Shown: positions 8,925 to 17,593 of the stretch, piece after piece
Numbering within the stretch: the stretch's first letter is position 1
Layout of the letters: every line of letters starts with the position of its first letter
Source: a virus
Lineage: Duplodnaviria; Caudoviricetes
Virus record (IMG/VR): IMGVR_UViG_3300046678_000420
Location: 25,948 to 89,947 of that record
DNA: 64,000 nucleotides
Direction: 5' to 3' (one strand)
Program-made: the position numbers and the translations under genes
Notes under the pieces: model-generated
Seen by the model: the letters and a program-made list of their open reading frames with translations, nothing else
Told to the model about the DNA's origin: nothing
Database searches by the model: none

Positions 8925-9293
8925 GTGGAAATCGTGATTCGACGGGTGGCTGACGACTTGGACAACACGCAGGACGCGACGGAGACCATTCCGTTCGCCT
9001 TCGACGGCATGGACCTTGAGATTGACCTCTCGGAGGCCAACGCTCTTGAGTTCCGGCTGATGATGGCGCGGTACGTCAACGCAGCCCGGCCGCGCGTGAA
9101 GAAGGCCCCGAAGGGGAAGGCCCGCAAGTCCTCCTCGGGCTACGACGTGCCGAAGGTGCGGAGGTGGTGGGGCGAGAGCTGGGAGGCGGAGGGTTTGCCG
9201 GAGCCATCGGACCGGGCCCGCATCCCGAACGCGGTCAGGGACCGGGCGATAGAGCGGGGCGTGATTGCGCCTCTTCTGCAACTGGCTGCCTGA
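8925..9293 (+). CDS. Lsr2-like protein with variant DNA-binding domain
   Basis: Lsr2 dimerisation motif DDLD..A.ETI.F..DG..LEIDLSEANA; C-terminal VRRWW..SDRARIP. Confidence 0.85.
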   Translation: MEIVIRRVADDLDNTQDATETIPFAFDGMDLEIDLSEANALEFRLMMARYVNAARPRVKKAPKGKARKSSSGYDVPKVRRWWGESWEAEGLPEPSDRARIPNAVRDRAIERGVIAPLLQLAA

Positions 9294-9301
9294 GAGACAG
9301 A

Positions 9302-9333
9302 GAACCCCCGGGGCTACGGCTCCGGGGGTTTTT
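9302..9333 (+). terminator. Intrinsic terminator between the two lsr2 genes
   Basis: AACCCCCGGGGC-TACG-GCTCCGGGGGTT followed by a T-run. Confidence 0.75.
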
Positions 9334-9457
9334 CGTGCTCTCACTCTGTGCCGGCCAGGTGCTTTAAAGCCGGTTGGATGGATGATTCGGGTTGCTTGGA
9401 TGTGCGCGCGTCGGGCATCATCACCGACGACAGGCTTTCTACAGAATGGTTGGACCA

Positions 9458-9799
9458 GTGGCCAAGCGGGTTATTGAGGTTTTCAACGACGACTTGGACG
9501 GCACCGAGGGCGCCAGCACCGTGAAGTTTGGTCTTGACGGCAAGTCGTATGAGATCGACCTCGGGTCGAAGAACGAAAAGGCGCTCAGGAAGGTGCTGGA
9601 AAAGTACGTGGCGGCAGCCACCCCGGTACGGGCGAGCGATGCAGGTCCGGGGCGCCGTAAGTACGGCACCGGCCCTGTACGCCGGGACACGAAGCACATC
9701 CGTGAGTGGCTGCGCGGTCAGGGCGTCGAGATCAGCGACCGAGGCCGTATCCCCACGGACCTCATGCAGCGCTACCAGGCTGCGAACCCCGGCCGCTGA
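9458..9799 (+). CDS. lsr2: Lsr2 nucleoid-associated protein / xenogeneic silencer homolog
   Basis: DDLDG..TVKFGLDGKSYEIDL and IREW..G.EISDRGRIP canonical Lsr2 motifs; start uncertain. Confidence 0.92.
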   Translation: MAKRVIEVFNDDLDGTEGASTVKFGLDGKSYEIDLGSKNEKALRKVLEKYVAAATPVRASDAGPGRRKYGTGPVRRDTKHIREWLRGQGVEISDRGRIPTDLMQRYQAANPGR

Positions 9800-9810
9800 A
9801 GGCGCGCGTT

Positions 9811-9836
9811 AAGGGCCAGCCTTCGGGCTGGCCCTT
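9811..9836. terminator. Bidirectional terminator
   Basis: AAGGGCCAGCC-TTCG-GGCTGGCCCTT perfect stem between convergent genes; conserved in unit 2. Confidence 0.8.
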
Positions 9837-9906
9837 CGTCATGCCGGCGGGGAGCTTTACAGCTCCCCGCGGTTCGTCTGTGGCGCTGCCAGCGGTCAGA
9901 CAGAAG

Positions 9907-10077
9907 CTACTTTGTCGCTGTCATCTTCGTGGCTGTGTCCTGGTCGGCCGCGTCCTCGGCTCTTTCGGCTTCAAGGATCTTCGTCAGCTTGCTTCTGGCT
10001 CGCTTGAGGTGCCGCTTGCTGCCCCTGGAGCTTATGAGGAGATCCGGGTTCGGCTCGAACGGCGGGAGTTTGGCCAT
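9907..10077 (-). CDS. 56-aa hypothetical protein, unit 1 only
   Basis: ATG preceded by AGGAG; MAKLPPFEPNPDLL...TATK. Confidence 0.55.
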   Translation of the reverse strand: MAKLPPFEPNPDLLISSRGSKRHLKRARSKLTKILEAERAEDAADQDTATKMTATK

Positions 10078-10105
10078 GGGGTGCTCCTACGTGGGCGTTT
10101 GGTAC

Positions 10106-10744
10106 TCACAGCTTAAGTGCGGTCACCGACACGAGCAAGCCTAGTCCTACCGACAGAAAGAGGGCGGACCATCCTAGAAGCAGGCTCTTGAGCCCGACAT
10201 CCAGCTCATCGAGTTGGTAGGCCCCAACGGTGGTATCGATGATCAACAACAGTGCATCATCTGGATCTTTATCAGCCAGGTCACGCAGCTCACGGGGCCC
10301 TTCAGTCACTCTAGACCCACGAAGAAAGAACAACACTACCGCAGCAATTAAACCGGACAGGGCCGCTGCTGCTTGGGCCGCCAACGCAAGATTTCCGGGG
10401 TCAGCGGCTTGCGCAATAAAGCCAACCACAAGGCCATCGAAACCAAGCAGTAAACCAGCTTTGGCATCGATTGCCCGCGTATATTTTTCCTGGGCCTTGA
10501 CGCGCATAGCTATTGCTTGTCGAACCACGTCTAGCGCGGGGTACTTGGGCGGGTCAGGAGCGGGCGCTGGTTCACCAGGTCCTATGGTCGGGGCTGCGCA
10601 CATGGATATTATCCCACCCTGTTGATTGTTCTCGCGCCACTTGGAAGGCCGCCCGAGGCTGCCACAAAGGCAGCCGTTCGGGGGACGACGTGGGTTTTGC
10701 ATGTGTGGAGGCGTCGCCCGCACGGTCGCATGAATGAACCCCAC
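10106..10744 (-). CDS. Low-GC membrane protein, resembles the Pycsar-effector (DUF5706) architecture
   Basis: IDAKAGLLLG TM1, TM2, loop, K..L..S..FL..GL TM3; lower GC; two TTA codons; start uncertain. Confidence 0.5.
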   Translation of the reverse strand: MGFIHATVRATPPHMQNPRRPPNGCLCGSLGRPSKWRENNQQGGIISMCAAPTIGPGEPAPAPDPPKYPALDVVRQAIAMRVKAQEKYTRAIDAKAGLLLGFDGLVVGFIAQAADPGNLALAAQAAAALSGLIAAVVLFFLRGSRVTEGPRELRDLADKDPDDALLLIIDTTVGAYQLDELDVGLKSLLLGWSALFLSVGLGLLVSVTALKL

Positions 10745-10826
10745 CAGCCGCTACGTCAGCGGGCCGGAGTGCAGGTTGGCGTTGGTCGTTGCATCGTGAA
10801 GCGATCGCCTACGTCAAGGAGGACCA

Positions 10827-11291
10827 GTGGCTACAGCTGGCGGGAACGATATCGCAACCCTCAATGACAAGCTCCGCCGAAAGTCGGCCAAAATGCCGGA
10901 TCTGCTTCGTGAAGTCTTGTGGTTGGTGTTCATCGTTGCAGTGCCATATTACGCGCTTGTAATAAAGCACGGTTGGGGTGAATCGGTGCGTAATGGTGAC
11001 CTCTTCTTGTTTAATATAACGGCGCTGGCAGCAGTCCTCTTTGAATGGTTGGTAAGTAAACCACCAAGTTTTCCAGAGTTTCTCCGTCCGTCATATTTCC
11101 TCTTTTTGGGGGTCATCGGCTTTGGGGCACTTGGATGGACTGTCTATCTCTTCGCCGATTCACCATTGCCGCATTCGCCACGAGAGGTCCAAATATTCGT
11201 TGCGATCGGATTTGCGTTAATTATGCCGATTCATAGAATTGCAAAACGGGAGCCAGGTGCCGAGGGCGCCGAACCGGAGGAAACAAGCTAA
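10827..11291 (+). CDS. Low-GC multi-pass membrane protein, unit 1 only
   Basis: RBS AAGGAGG, about four hydrophobic segments, AT-rich codons. Confidence 0.7.
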   Translation: MATAGGNDIATLNDKLRRKSAKMPDLLREVLWLVFIVAVPYYALVIKHGWGESVRNGDLFLFNITALAAVLFEWLVSKPPSFPEFLRPSYFLFLGVIGFGALGWTVYLFADSPLPHSPREVQIFVAIGFALIMPIHRIAKREPGAEGAEPEETS

Positions 11292-11301
11292 GCTAGAGCA
11301 G

Positions 11302-11958
11302 TTACCACAGGCCTTCTTGCCCAACGGCCTCCGCGTGGCGTTCACGCTTAATCGGCACAATCAGACCCCGAAATGTCGGCCCGTACTTGACGAGTATGGG
11401 TTCCTCGGGGTCGCGGATCATCCAATCTGCCTTCCGCTCGTTCTTGTCCGACTTCACCAGCCGGAACCGGCTCGCTAGGCCCATGTCCAGCAGAAACACG
11501 CTCGACGGGTCCTCATAGCGCTCGAACAGTTCGCGCAGGCCGCGCCAGGCAGCCGGAGACGTCATCCCCGCCGCGTCCTCTACGGACTCGCGGGCCGCCC
11601 CGGCTTGCAGCACCAGACCGTCACCCGGGAACCAGGACAGCATGACGTCTTGCTTCGGGTGCTGCCGACAGAACGACGTGATGGTGTCGAGCCCTTCGCG
11701 GGGGATCTCAATCTCGGTGACGGCACCGCGGGTTGCTGTAAAGCCTCCGGCCGGCTGAATCGGTGCCGAGTCGAACGCTGCTGCGTATGGGTCGCCGCCC
11801 AGGATCGTCAGCACGTTGTCCGGCGTGAGGGTCATCATCACGGACCGGATGGTGGGGTTCTTCTTGTGAACGTGGCCGATGTTCCCGGCGACGCGAACAA
11901 GCGTGTCCGCGTCCATGGTCCAGGCCGCTACGGGTTCGCTCAGAGTCGTTCTCCTCAT
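11302..11958 (-). CDS. Possible beta-clamp-like protein
   Basis: N-terminal V...P..SV...L..L..D.Y and C-terminal PILVKYGPTFRGLIVPI resemble DnaN-fold proteins; homolog at 55117-55749. Confidence 0.45.
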   Translation of the reverse strand: MRRTTLSEPVAAWTMDADTLVRVAGNIGHVHKKNPTIRSVMMTLTPDNVLTILGGDPYAAAFDSAPIQPAGGFTATRGAVTEIEIPREGLDTITSFCRQHPKQDVMLSWFPGDGLVLQAGAARESVEDAAGMTSPAAWRGLRELFERYEDPSSVFLLDMGLASRFRLVKSDKNERKADWMIRDPEEPILVKYGPTFRGLIVPIKRERHAEAVGQEGLW

Positions 11959-11999
11959 CGGGGATGCAGAAGGCCCCGCCGGAGCGGGGCCTCAGGGGG

Positions 12000-12179
12000 T
12001 CATTCGCAGTCGCTCCCGTAGCGATGGGGGAAGTCGAGGGCGCACTCATCGCACACGAACTCGTCGTCCAGCTCCGACATCAACCCGTGTTCGGTCCAGT
12101 GACCGCACTCCGTGCACTGGTAGGGGGCTCGGTCGTCCTCTACCTCGTACTCTCCGAGGTCGTCATAGTCGCCCATCAT
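12000..12179 (-). CDS. Small acidic zinc-finger protein
   Basis: CTECG...CDEC; homolog at 56076-56261. Confidence 0.65.
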   Translation of the reverse strand: MMGDYDDLGEYEVEDDRAPYQCTECGHWTEHGLMSELDDEFVCDECALDFPHRYGSDCE

Positions 12180-12298
12180 CCGGCGCCCTTGAGGAACACC
12201 GCGCCGAGGAGCAGCATCCCGACCTCTGCGCAGAGAATCGCGACGAACCAGAAAACCCAGACAACGAGGAAGTACGCCCACGGGGGCAGGTCCCGCAC
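12176..12298 (-). CDS. 40-aa membrane peptide
   Basis: MRDLPPWAYFLVVWVFWFVAILCAEVGMLLLGAVFLKGAG; ATGA overlap with the next gene; conserved at 57304-57426. Confidence 0.6.
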   Translation of the reverse strand: MRDLPPWAYFLVVWVFWFVAILCAEVGMLLLGAVFLKGAG

Positions 12299-12361
12299 TC
12301 AGCACCTTCTTTCAACACGAAGGGCCACCCCGAAGGGTGGCCCCGATGGATTGGGGAGGGG

Positions 12362-12607
12362 TCAGGACTTGACCCACGGGCCGATCTGCCGCGAGACGAT
12401 CCACGCGGGGACGTCCGGGTGTTGCTCGTCGAAGTAGGCAAGGTCCAGGACGGCTAGCACCTCGGCGCTGTAGACGCCGATCACTTCGCCGCCTTCGACG
12501 ATGACGGCCCACTCGGTCACCATGTTGTCCACGATGGTGTGAAGCTCGATGTTGTCGAGGAACAGGCGCACGACTTCGTTAAAGGCGTCTTCTATCAGCG
12601 TGCCCAT
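12362..12607 (-). CDS. Hypothetical protein
   Basis: MGTLIEDAFNEV...; homolog at 57490-57735. Confidence 0.65.
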   Translation of the reverse strand: MGTLIEDAFNEVVRLFLDNIELHTIVDNMVTEWAVIVEGGEVIGVYSAEVLAVLDLAYFDEQHPDVPAWIVSRQIGPWVKS

Positions 12608-12611
12608 TCGG

Positions 12612-12803
12612 TCAGGCTGCCTTTCCGTAGTTGTAACCATGGTCGTAGACGTAGAAAGCCTCACGGATACGAGCCGACGCGGAGCGGAGTCCTTCCGGGT
12701 TGTCCTCGGAGATGGACTGAAGGCGCATCACAGCGACCATGTGTTCCGGGTACTGCGAGTACTGGGTGATGGACTGCAAGGCCGCGTCGAGCGTGTATCC
12801 CAC
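12612..12803 (-). CDS. Hypothetical protein
   Basis: RBS GGAGG; homolog at 57740-57931. Confidence 0.7.
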   Translation of the reverse strand: MGYTLDAALQSITQYSQYPEHMVAVMRLQSISEDNPEGLRSASARIREAFYVYDHGYNYGKAA

Positions 12804-12842
12804 TGCCTAACCTCCCGGGGGTGGTGGTGTGCTGGCTCCGCC

Positions 12843-12880
12843 ACCGTATCTCCCTTGATGCAGATGCGTCAATGGAGTTA
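12843..12880 (-). promoter_or_regulatory. Leftward promoter embedded in an inverted-repeat motif
   Basis: Minus strand reads TAACTCCA-TTGACG-N18-TACGGT; unit 2 has TACAGT. Confidence 0.7.
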
Positions 12881-12968
12881 TGCCACGATTCCCGGCGGGG
12901 CCCCAAGGGGGACCCATCGAGTCCGCTTCATGGGTCGCGATTTGCGGACTGATTCAGGGTTCAGATTC

Positions 12969-13050
12969 AGGGCCGTGTTTCCGTGCCCATTCTTGAGGCC
13001 GTTCCTGAGTCCATTTTCGGGGCCGTTTTGCGGGCCGCTTTCGGGGCCGC
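12969..13050. repeat. Degenerate 12-bp tandem repeats (about GGCCRTTTYCG)
   Basis: gaggccgttcct/gagtccattttc/gggccgttttgc/gggccgctttcg; similar array near 58100-58180. Confidence 0.6.
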
Positions 13051-13682
13051 CTTCTAGCGGAGCCTGGTCCTCGTGGCGCTCCGCGTTGTGGGGCGCGACT
13101 TGGCGACCGTGACGCCGTTCCCTTCGAGGCGCCCACCGGCCAACCATCTGCACGCCACTAGCGCTGTGTCCTGGGGGTTCAGCTCCGCGGGCTGCTTTAC
13201 AGCTCCTCGCCGGCCTAGGCGACCGGACTTCGTCGACGAACGCGGCGCCTGCTTTACAGCTCGCGGCCGGCACGGCTTGCGCGTGCGCCAGCTCGGTTAC
13301 GTGAAGGTCGTACGCGGTGGATTTTCGAGTCTGCCGACCGGCAGCCGGAGCCCGTCCGGGGCGGGGCCCGAAAATGACCACGTCGGCCGTGGGTCGCTGG
13401 TCGATGACCCTACTTGCAAAAATTTTGTGCTTGGCTGCAACCTCGGCGGGCACGCACGAGGGCTACAAACTGCCCCTCGGCCCGGTTGGCGCAGATCCCC
13501 ACATGTTTGCCCGACAATTCCCGGTGATGTCTCGAGATGTCTGTTTAGAGGCATAGGAGTGCCTTTGTAGGGTCGGCGGAAAGCAATTTCGGGCAGTCCT
13601 TACACGGCCCTTTTCGGGCCGTCGTTCTACCGCGTCTGACCAGCATTCCACCCGCGTTCGGCCAGGTCAAACCCTGTTTTCA

Positions 13683-13720
13683 TACCTCCCTTGACACGCT
13701 TTACAGCGGTCGTGCATCGT
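13683..13720 (+). promoter_or_regulatory. Promoter with motif core inside the spacer
   Basis: TTGACA(13691)-cGCTTTACAGCggtcgtg-CATCGT; identical at 58822. Confidence 0.7.
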
Positions 13721-13772
13721 CTTGCCTCGCCAGCAAGACACCGAACATCGGAACGACCGAAAGGGAATGCAC

Positions 13773-14843
13773 ATGCCTAGCGCTTACAAGACTCGTGAGG
13801 CCTGGCTACACGCGGCACGCAAGCTCATGCAGAAGCGCTTTGAGCGCGCCGGGGTCAGCGTTCCGACCGACGTGCATATCAGCGTGGGTTTCAAGCCTGG
13901 CGGCGGCCCGGAATCGGCGAAAGTGATGGGGTGCTGCTATGTGCGCCTCGCGTCATCCGGCAACGTGAACGAGATATTCATCTCGCCGGAGTGGGATAAC
14001 CCCGCTGACGTGCTGGAAACCCTCGCACATGAGCTGATTCATGCCGCGTCGGACTGCCAGGATGGGCACGGCCCCGGATTCAAGCGGGACGCGCTGGCAT
14101 TTGGGTTCCTGTCGCCGATGACATCCACACCGGCCAGCGATGAGCTGAAGTGTTTTCTTCGCATGGTCGCGGCCACCCTGGGGCCGTTCCCGCATTCGGC
14201 TACTCGCATCATGGCTCTCAAGCGCCGTCCGAAGACTGACCCGGTGAAGCCTGACGGGAACTCTTCGACCGGCGAGAGCGGCGGCGGGAAGGCTCATTCC
14301 GGCCGCCCGAAGCAAGGCACGTCAATGCTCAAGCTTGAGTGCGTCAACCCCACATGCGGTTTCATCGCACGCGCCACGGCGAAAAACCTTGACCTCGGAA
14401 TGCCTATCTGCGCATGCGGTACGCCCCTCTCGTCTCCGCAGTACGCGGAGGTGCTGTATGAGCGGCTGTTCAACGTCGGGCCCTGGCAGGGTGACCCCTG
14501 GTATGGGTTCGGGCAGGAACCGGCACGGCTTGAGAAGCGCCGCGAGTGGTCGCGGGCCCGTGGGTTCCTGCCTGCGCTCGGCGTCGCGGTCACCACCGCC
14601 GTTAAGGCCGTGGCCAAAAAGGCCGCTAAGCCTAAGGCTCCGACTCTTCCCGCTCCCACTGCTGACGCGCTCGCCAAGATGCGAAAGACGCTTTCGGAGT
14701 ACTACTTGGAGCCGTACCCGGCAACTCTCGCCGATGAGGAACGGCACTCCGAAGAGGCTCTGTACATGTGGGACCTGGCCGAACAATTGGCTTCCCTGTT
14801 CCAAGACATCGACGCTGCAATGACCGACACCGTTACCGCCTAA
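13773..14843 (+). CDS. SprT-like zinc metalloprotease with zinc ribbon
   Basis: NEIFISP..LAHELIHA..H HEXXH motif, followed by C..PTC..CAC. Confidence 0.75.
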   Translation: MPSAYKTREAWLHAARKLMQKRFERAGVSVPTDVHISVGFKPGGGPESAKVMGCCYVRLASSGNVNEIFISPEWDNPADVLETLAHELIHAASDCQDGHGPGFKRDALAFGFLSPMTSTPASDELKCFLRMVAATLGPFPHSATRIMALKRRPKTDPVKPDGNSSTGESGGGKAHSGRPKQGTSMLKLECVNPTCGFIARATAKNLDLGMPICACGTPLSSPQYAEVLYERLFNVGPWQGDPWYGFGQEPARLEKRREWSRARGFLPALGVAVTTAVKAVAKKAAKPKAPTLPAPTADALAKMRKTLSEYYLEPYPATLADEERHSEEALYMWDLAEQLASLFQDIDAAMTDTVTA

Positions 14844-14861
14844 GCAGAGAAGGGGTTAGCC

Positions 14862-15368
14862 ATGAAGTCTTGGAACTACGACGCTCCCAAGATGGTGCTT
14901 GACGTCCGCGTGGATTACTCGACTGTGCTTATCGCGCCGGACGGTCACGAGATGTTCGGCCGGAATCAGCTCCGGCCATACGAGCTCCGCGAGATTCGCG
15001 AAACGATGGCGGAGGCGCTGACTCCCAAGGGCTACCGGCTCAAGGTTGAGCGGCACGTGAGCACGTGGTGGGTTCCCGCGTGTTGGTACTGCCAGGCTCG
15101 CCCGTGTGCGATCGACTTCGACTGTGACGGCCCTTACCGCCGGGTCGTCTGTGAGCAAGAGCAGTGCCAGCGGGGAAGCAACCCGGATAATCGCGATTGG
15201 GTGACGGGCCGGGGTCCGCTTTGGGGGCCGGAGCATCCCGAGTGGGGGCCCGCGACGGACCCGGAAGGCGTCGAGTTGTGCGGCGGGTGGTGCGTCCTGA
15301 CGGCCGGACACGATGCGGACGGCACTAACAGGCACGTGGACGCCACCGGCTACGCGTTCAGCCGCTAA
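14862..15368 (+). CDS. Hypothetical Cys-containing protein
   Basis: CWYC..C..C..C..C; shorter homolog at 60002-60403. Confidence 0.7.
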   Translation: MKSWNYDAPKMVLDVRVDYSTVLIAPDGHEMFGRNQLRPYELREIRETMAEALTPKGYRLKVERHVSTWWVPACWYCQARPCAIDFDCDGPYRRVVCEQEQCQRGSNPDNRDWVTGRGPLWGPEHPEWGPATDPEGVELCGGWCVLTAGHDADGTNRHVDATGYAFSR

Positions 15369-15370
15369 GA

Positions 15371-15411
15371 GCAAGCAAGGGGTTAGGCCGCTGGCCTAAC
15401 CCCTTGCTTGC
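15371..15411. terminator. Long perfect hairpin (19-bp stem)
   Basis: GCAAGCAAGGGGTTAGGCC-GCT-GGCCTAACCCCTTGCTTGC; unit 2 keeps a stem with compensatory changes (AGGGGCTAAGGC/GCCTTAGCCCCT). Confidence 0.75.
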
Positions 15412-15421
15412 GTCCTCAGCA

Positions 15422-15458
15422 TAACTCCCTTGACGCACGCTTTAAAGCCTGGCAAGAT
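15422..15458 (+). promoter_or_regulatory. Promoter with motif core inside the spacer
   Basis: TAACTCCC-TTGACG-cacGCTTTAAAGCctgg-CAAGAT; conserved at 60461. Confidence 0.7.
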
Positions 15459-15505
15459 CTGGCCTGCCAGCAAGACACCATCCGCACTAACCGAGAGGCA
15501 AGACC

Positions 15506-16192
15506 GTGAGCATCCACAACGGCAGCTATCGCCCGAACGCTAAGGGCGCGACCTCGCTCCGCGACGCTCGCCCGTTGTATGTCGGAAACGACCGGGTCAC
15601 CGTTGAGGTTTACCCCTGGGAGGGTGGCCAGTGGATGACCATCTTCATTGGTTGCTCGCACAAGGCTTTTGAGGGCCCGATTCCCGCTGGCATCGAATAC
15701 GACGCGGAGTTCTACGGCTTCATTTATGAAAGCGTTGAGGCCTTTGCCGCTAAGCGGGCAAAGGTGGAGGCGTCTAAGGCGGAGCCGGTTAAGGCCGCGA
15801 CCCCGAAGCACGGAAGGCGGACCATGGGCGAGTATGAGACCCGGTTCGGATTCATCTACGCGAACTTCACCACCATCGGGCAGGCGGCTCACGAAGCGCG
15901 CGTGAGCGTCTACATAGACGACGCGACGCGTTGCCCGCACCCGTTGCCTGCGTTCTGCGTTGCTCTCGCGGATCAGACGCCGGAGTCGGTCCGCCTGGCC
16001 CTCCGGACCGCCACTGAGCGCATGGGTCGAGAATTCAGCGTGGCGGGCATGACGTGGAACCCGTCCTACGAAGGCTTCCGGGGTGTGCAGTGGTATCCGG
16101 ACACCCGCCGTCCGGTGAACGGCCGCATCCTGCGGGACAGCATCGCGATTCCGGCCGTCCGGCGTCCGGCGCACGCTAAGGCGGCTGCGTAA
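15506..16192 (+). CDS. Hypothetical protein
   Basis: RBS GAGAGG; homolog at 60545-61228. Confidence 0.75.
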   Translation: MSIHNGSYRPNAKGATSLRDARPLYVGNDRVTVEVYPWEGGQWMTIFIGCSHKAFEGPIPAGIEYDAEFYGFIYESVEAFAAKRAKVEASKAEPVKAATPKHGRRTMGEYETRFGFIYANFTTIGQAAHEARVSVYIDDATRCPHPLPAFCVALADQTPESVRLALRTATERMGREFSVAGMTWNPSYEGFRGVQWYPDTRRPVNGRILRDSIAIPAVRRPAHAKAAA

Positions 16193-16404
16193 TGGCGTGG
16201 GTGGCGTTCCTCGCCGTTGTGGCCCTGGGGTTCTATGCGACCCGAGCAAAGGTCAAGGACGCGGAGCGGATTACGGCTCAAGAGCGGGCCCGCGAGCAAG
16301 CGGCCCGGTACGCGGAAGCGCGAGCGCTCAAGGAAGCGGAAGAGATCAGAGCCCGTCAACCGGCACCACGCCGGGGCCGTCCCCGGAAAACCACAACCCC
16401 ATAG
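16192..16404 (+). CDS. Small membrane-anchored coiled-coil protein
   Basis: TAATG coupling, N-terminal TM segment; homolog at 61228-61440. Confidence 0.75.
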   Translation: MAWVAFLAVVALGFYATRAKVKDAERITAQERAREQAARYAEARALKEAEEIRARQPAPRRGRPRKTTTP

Positions 16405-16413
16405 CGCGCAACG

Positions 16414-16442
16414 AAAGGGCCCTCTTCGGAGGGCCCTTTTTC
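16414..16442 (+). terminator. Intrinsic terminator
   Basis: AAAGGGCCCTC-TTCG-GAGGGCCCTTT followed by a T-run. Confidence 0.85.
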
Positions 16443-16582
16443 GTGCCCTGGCACACCTGCGGAGAGAAACGGCCGGAGAGCGATTCTAAGCCCCGGCCGG
16501 CCTGGGGTTGCCTGCCGGGATACCCGGGATATGAGAAAGGCCCCTCACGGGGCTGTGAGAGGCCTTCCCGGGGTTGTTCTAT

Positions 16583-16852
16583 CTAGCAGCCCATCGCGCC
16601 GAAAACGAAGTGAGGTGTCGGCGAAGCGACTTCAACCGCCATGGCAATGATTCGCTTGTCCCACGCCAGGACTCCGGGCCACCGTTCGAAAGCCTCCGCC
16701 GTCGCCTCCTGGACGTCATCCGCAGACACGTAGACAGTAGTAACCAGCCGCCCATAAGAGGCAGACGTAGCAAGACCCCTGCCGAGGTCTTCCGGGGGCG
16801 GGGCACCCTCCGCGTCCATGTCCCACACGGCCGTCACGGCGTAGTCAGTCAT
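16583..16852 (-). CDS. Hypothetical protein
   Basis: Homolog at 61620-61886. Confidence 0.7.
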   Translation of the reverse strand: MTDYAVTAVWDMDAEGAPPPEDLGRGLATSASYGRLVTTVYVSADDVQEATAEAFERWPGVLAWDKRIIAMAVEVASPTPHFVFGAMGC

Positions 16853-16926
16853 GCCGCCATCCTGCCAGAAACGCAGAGAGACCCACCCCGGTTAAGAGGT
16901 GGGTCTACACGCGCTTTACAGCGCGC

Positions 16927-17205
16927 CTACAGCTCCGAGAAATCCACTCCGAACATACCTAGCCAGTGAGACAGGCGTATCACGTCTCGCACGCTCTCCG
17001 GGTACGGATGGCGCATGCGCGCCCGGACCGCGTCCGGCGTGTCCTGCCACCTATCCGCCGGAACCCAGATCACCCGAACCCACGTGGTGACGCTTCCGGC
17101 CCTCCGGCCCGGGGTGTACTCCACCGTGACTTTGTAGCCCTGGGAAACGGCTATCTCGGATAGGCGGTCTACGGCGGCCGGAATCTCGACCATACCGCCG
17201 GTCAC
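16927..17205 (-). CDS. Hypothetical protein
   Basis: Homolog at 61962-62240; GTGA coupling. Confidence 0.7.
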   Translation of the reverse strand: MTGGMVEIPAAVDRLSEIAVSQGYKVTVEYTPGRRAGSVTTWVRVIWVPADRWQDTPDAVRARMRHPYPESVRDVIRLSHWLGMFGVDFSEL

Positions 17206-17411
17206 TCAGCATCACCCGTGATGTACTCCCAAGCGGCATCCTTCGCGTTATCGAACGTGGCGAATCCCACGCCTATGAACTCCTCATCCACCCACGCGGA
17301 AATCCGACCGTCGTGCTCACGAACGACCTTTGCCGCGCTATGGGCAAACGGGTGGACCAGGTCCCACCGGTTCGGCCCGAACGGCTTCCACTCGAATCCG
17401 TAGCCGCTCAT
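17202..17411 (-). CDS. Hypothetical protein
   Basis: MSGYGFEW...; homolog at 62237-62452. Confidence 0.7.
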   Translation of the reverse strand: MSGYGFEWKPFGPNRWDLVHPFAHSAAKVVREHDGRISAWVDEEFIGVGFATFDNAKDAAWEYITGDAE

Positions 17412-17593
17412 GAGCAATCCCCACCCATGAAACCGCCGATATTGCCGAAGAATCCGATCTCGCCCCGGTACTCGAATCCAACACAGTGCGTGGCGTCCGT
17501 CTGGACGACCACACCGGCCTGTCCCGGGTTGCTGTACGTCTGGACGTGGCCGCCGCTCACAGCGGCTATCAGGGCCAACAGCAAGGCAATCAC
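17408..17593 (-). CDS. Small secreted Gly/Cys peptide A
   Basis: Signal-like IALLLALIAAVSGG; ends C.GFEYRGEIGFFGNIGGFMGGDCS; homolog at 62449-62634. Confidence 0.7.
   Translation of the reverse strand: MIALLLALIAAVSGGHVQTYSNPGQAGVVVQTDATHCVGFEYRGEIGFFGNIGGFMGGDCS

Noticed and set aside
12878-13570. ORFs across the divergent-promoter region
   Set aside because: They are frameshifted in unit 2 and have no RBS or recognisable motifs, so the region was treated as non-coding.
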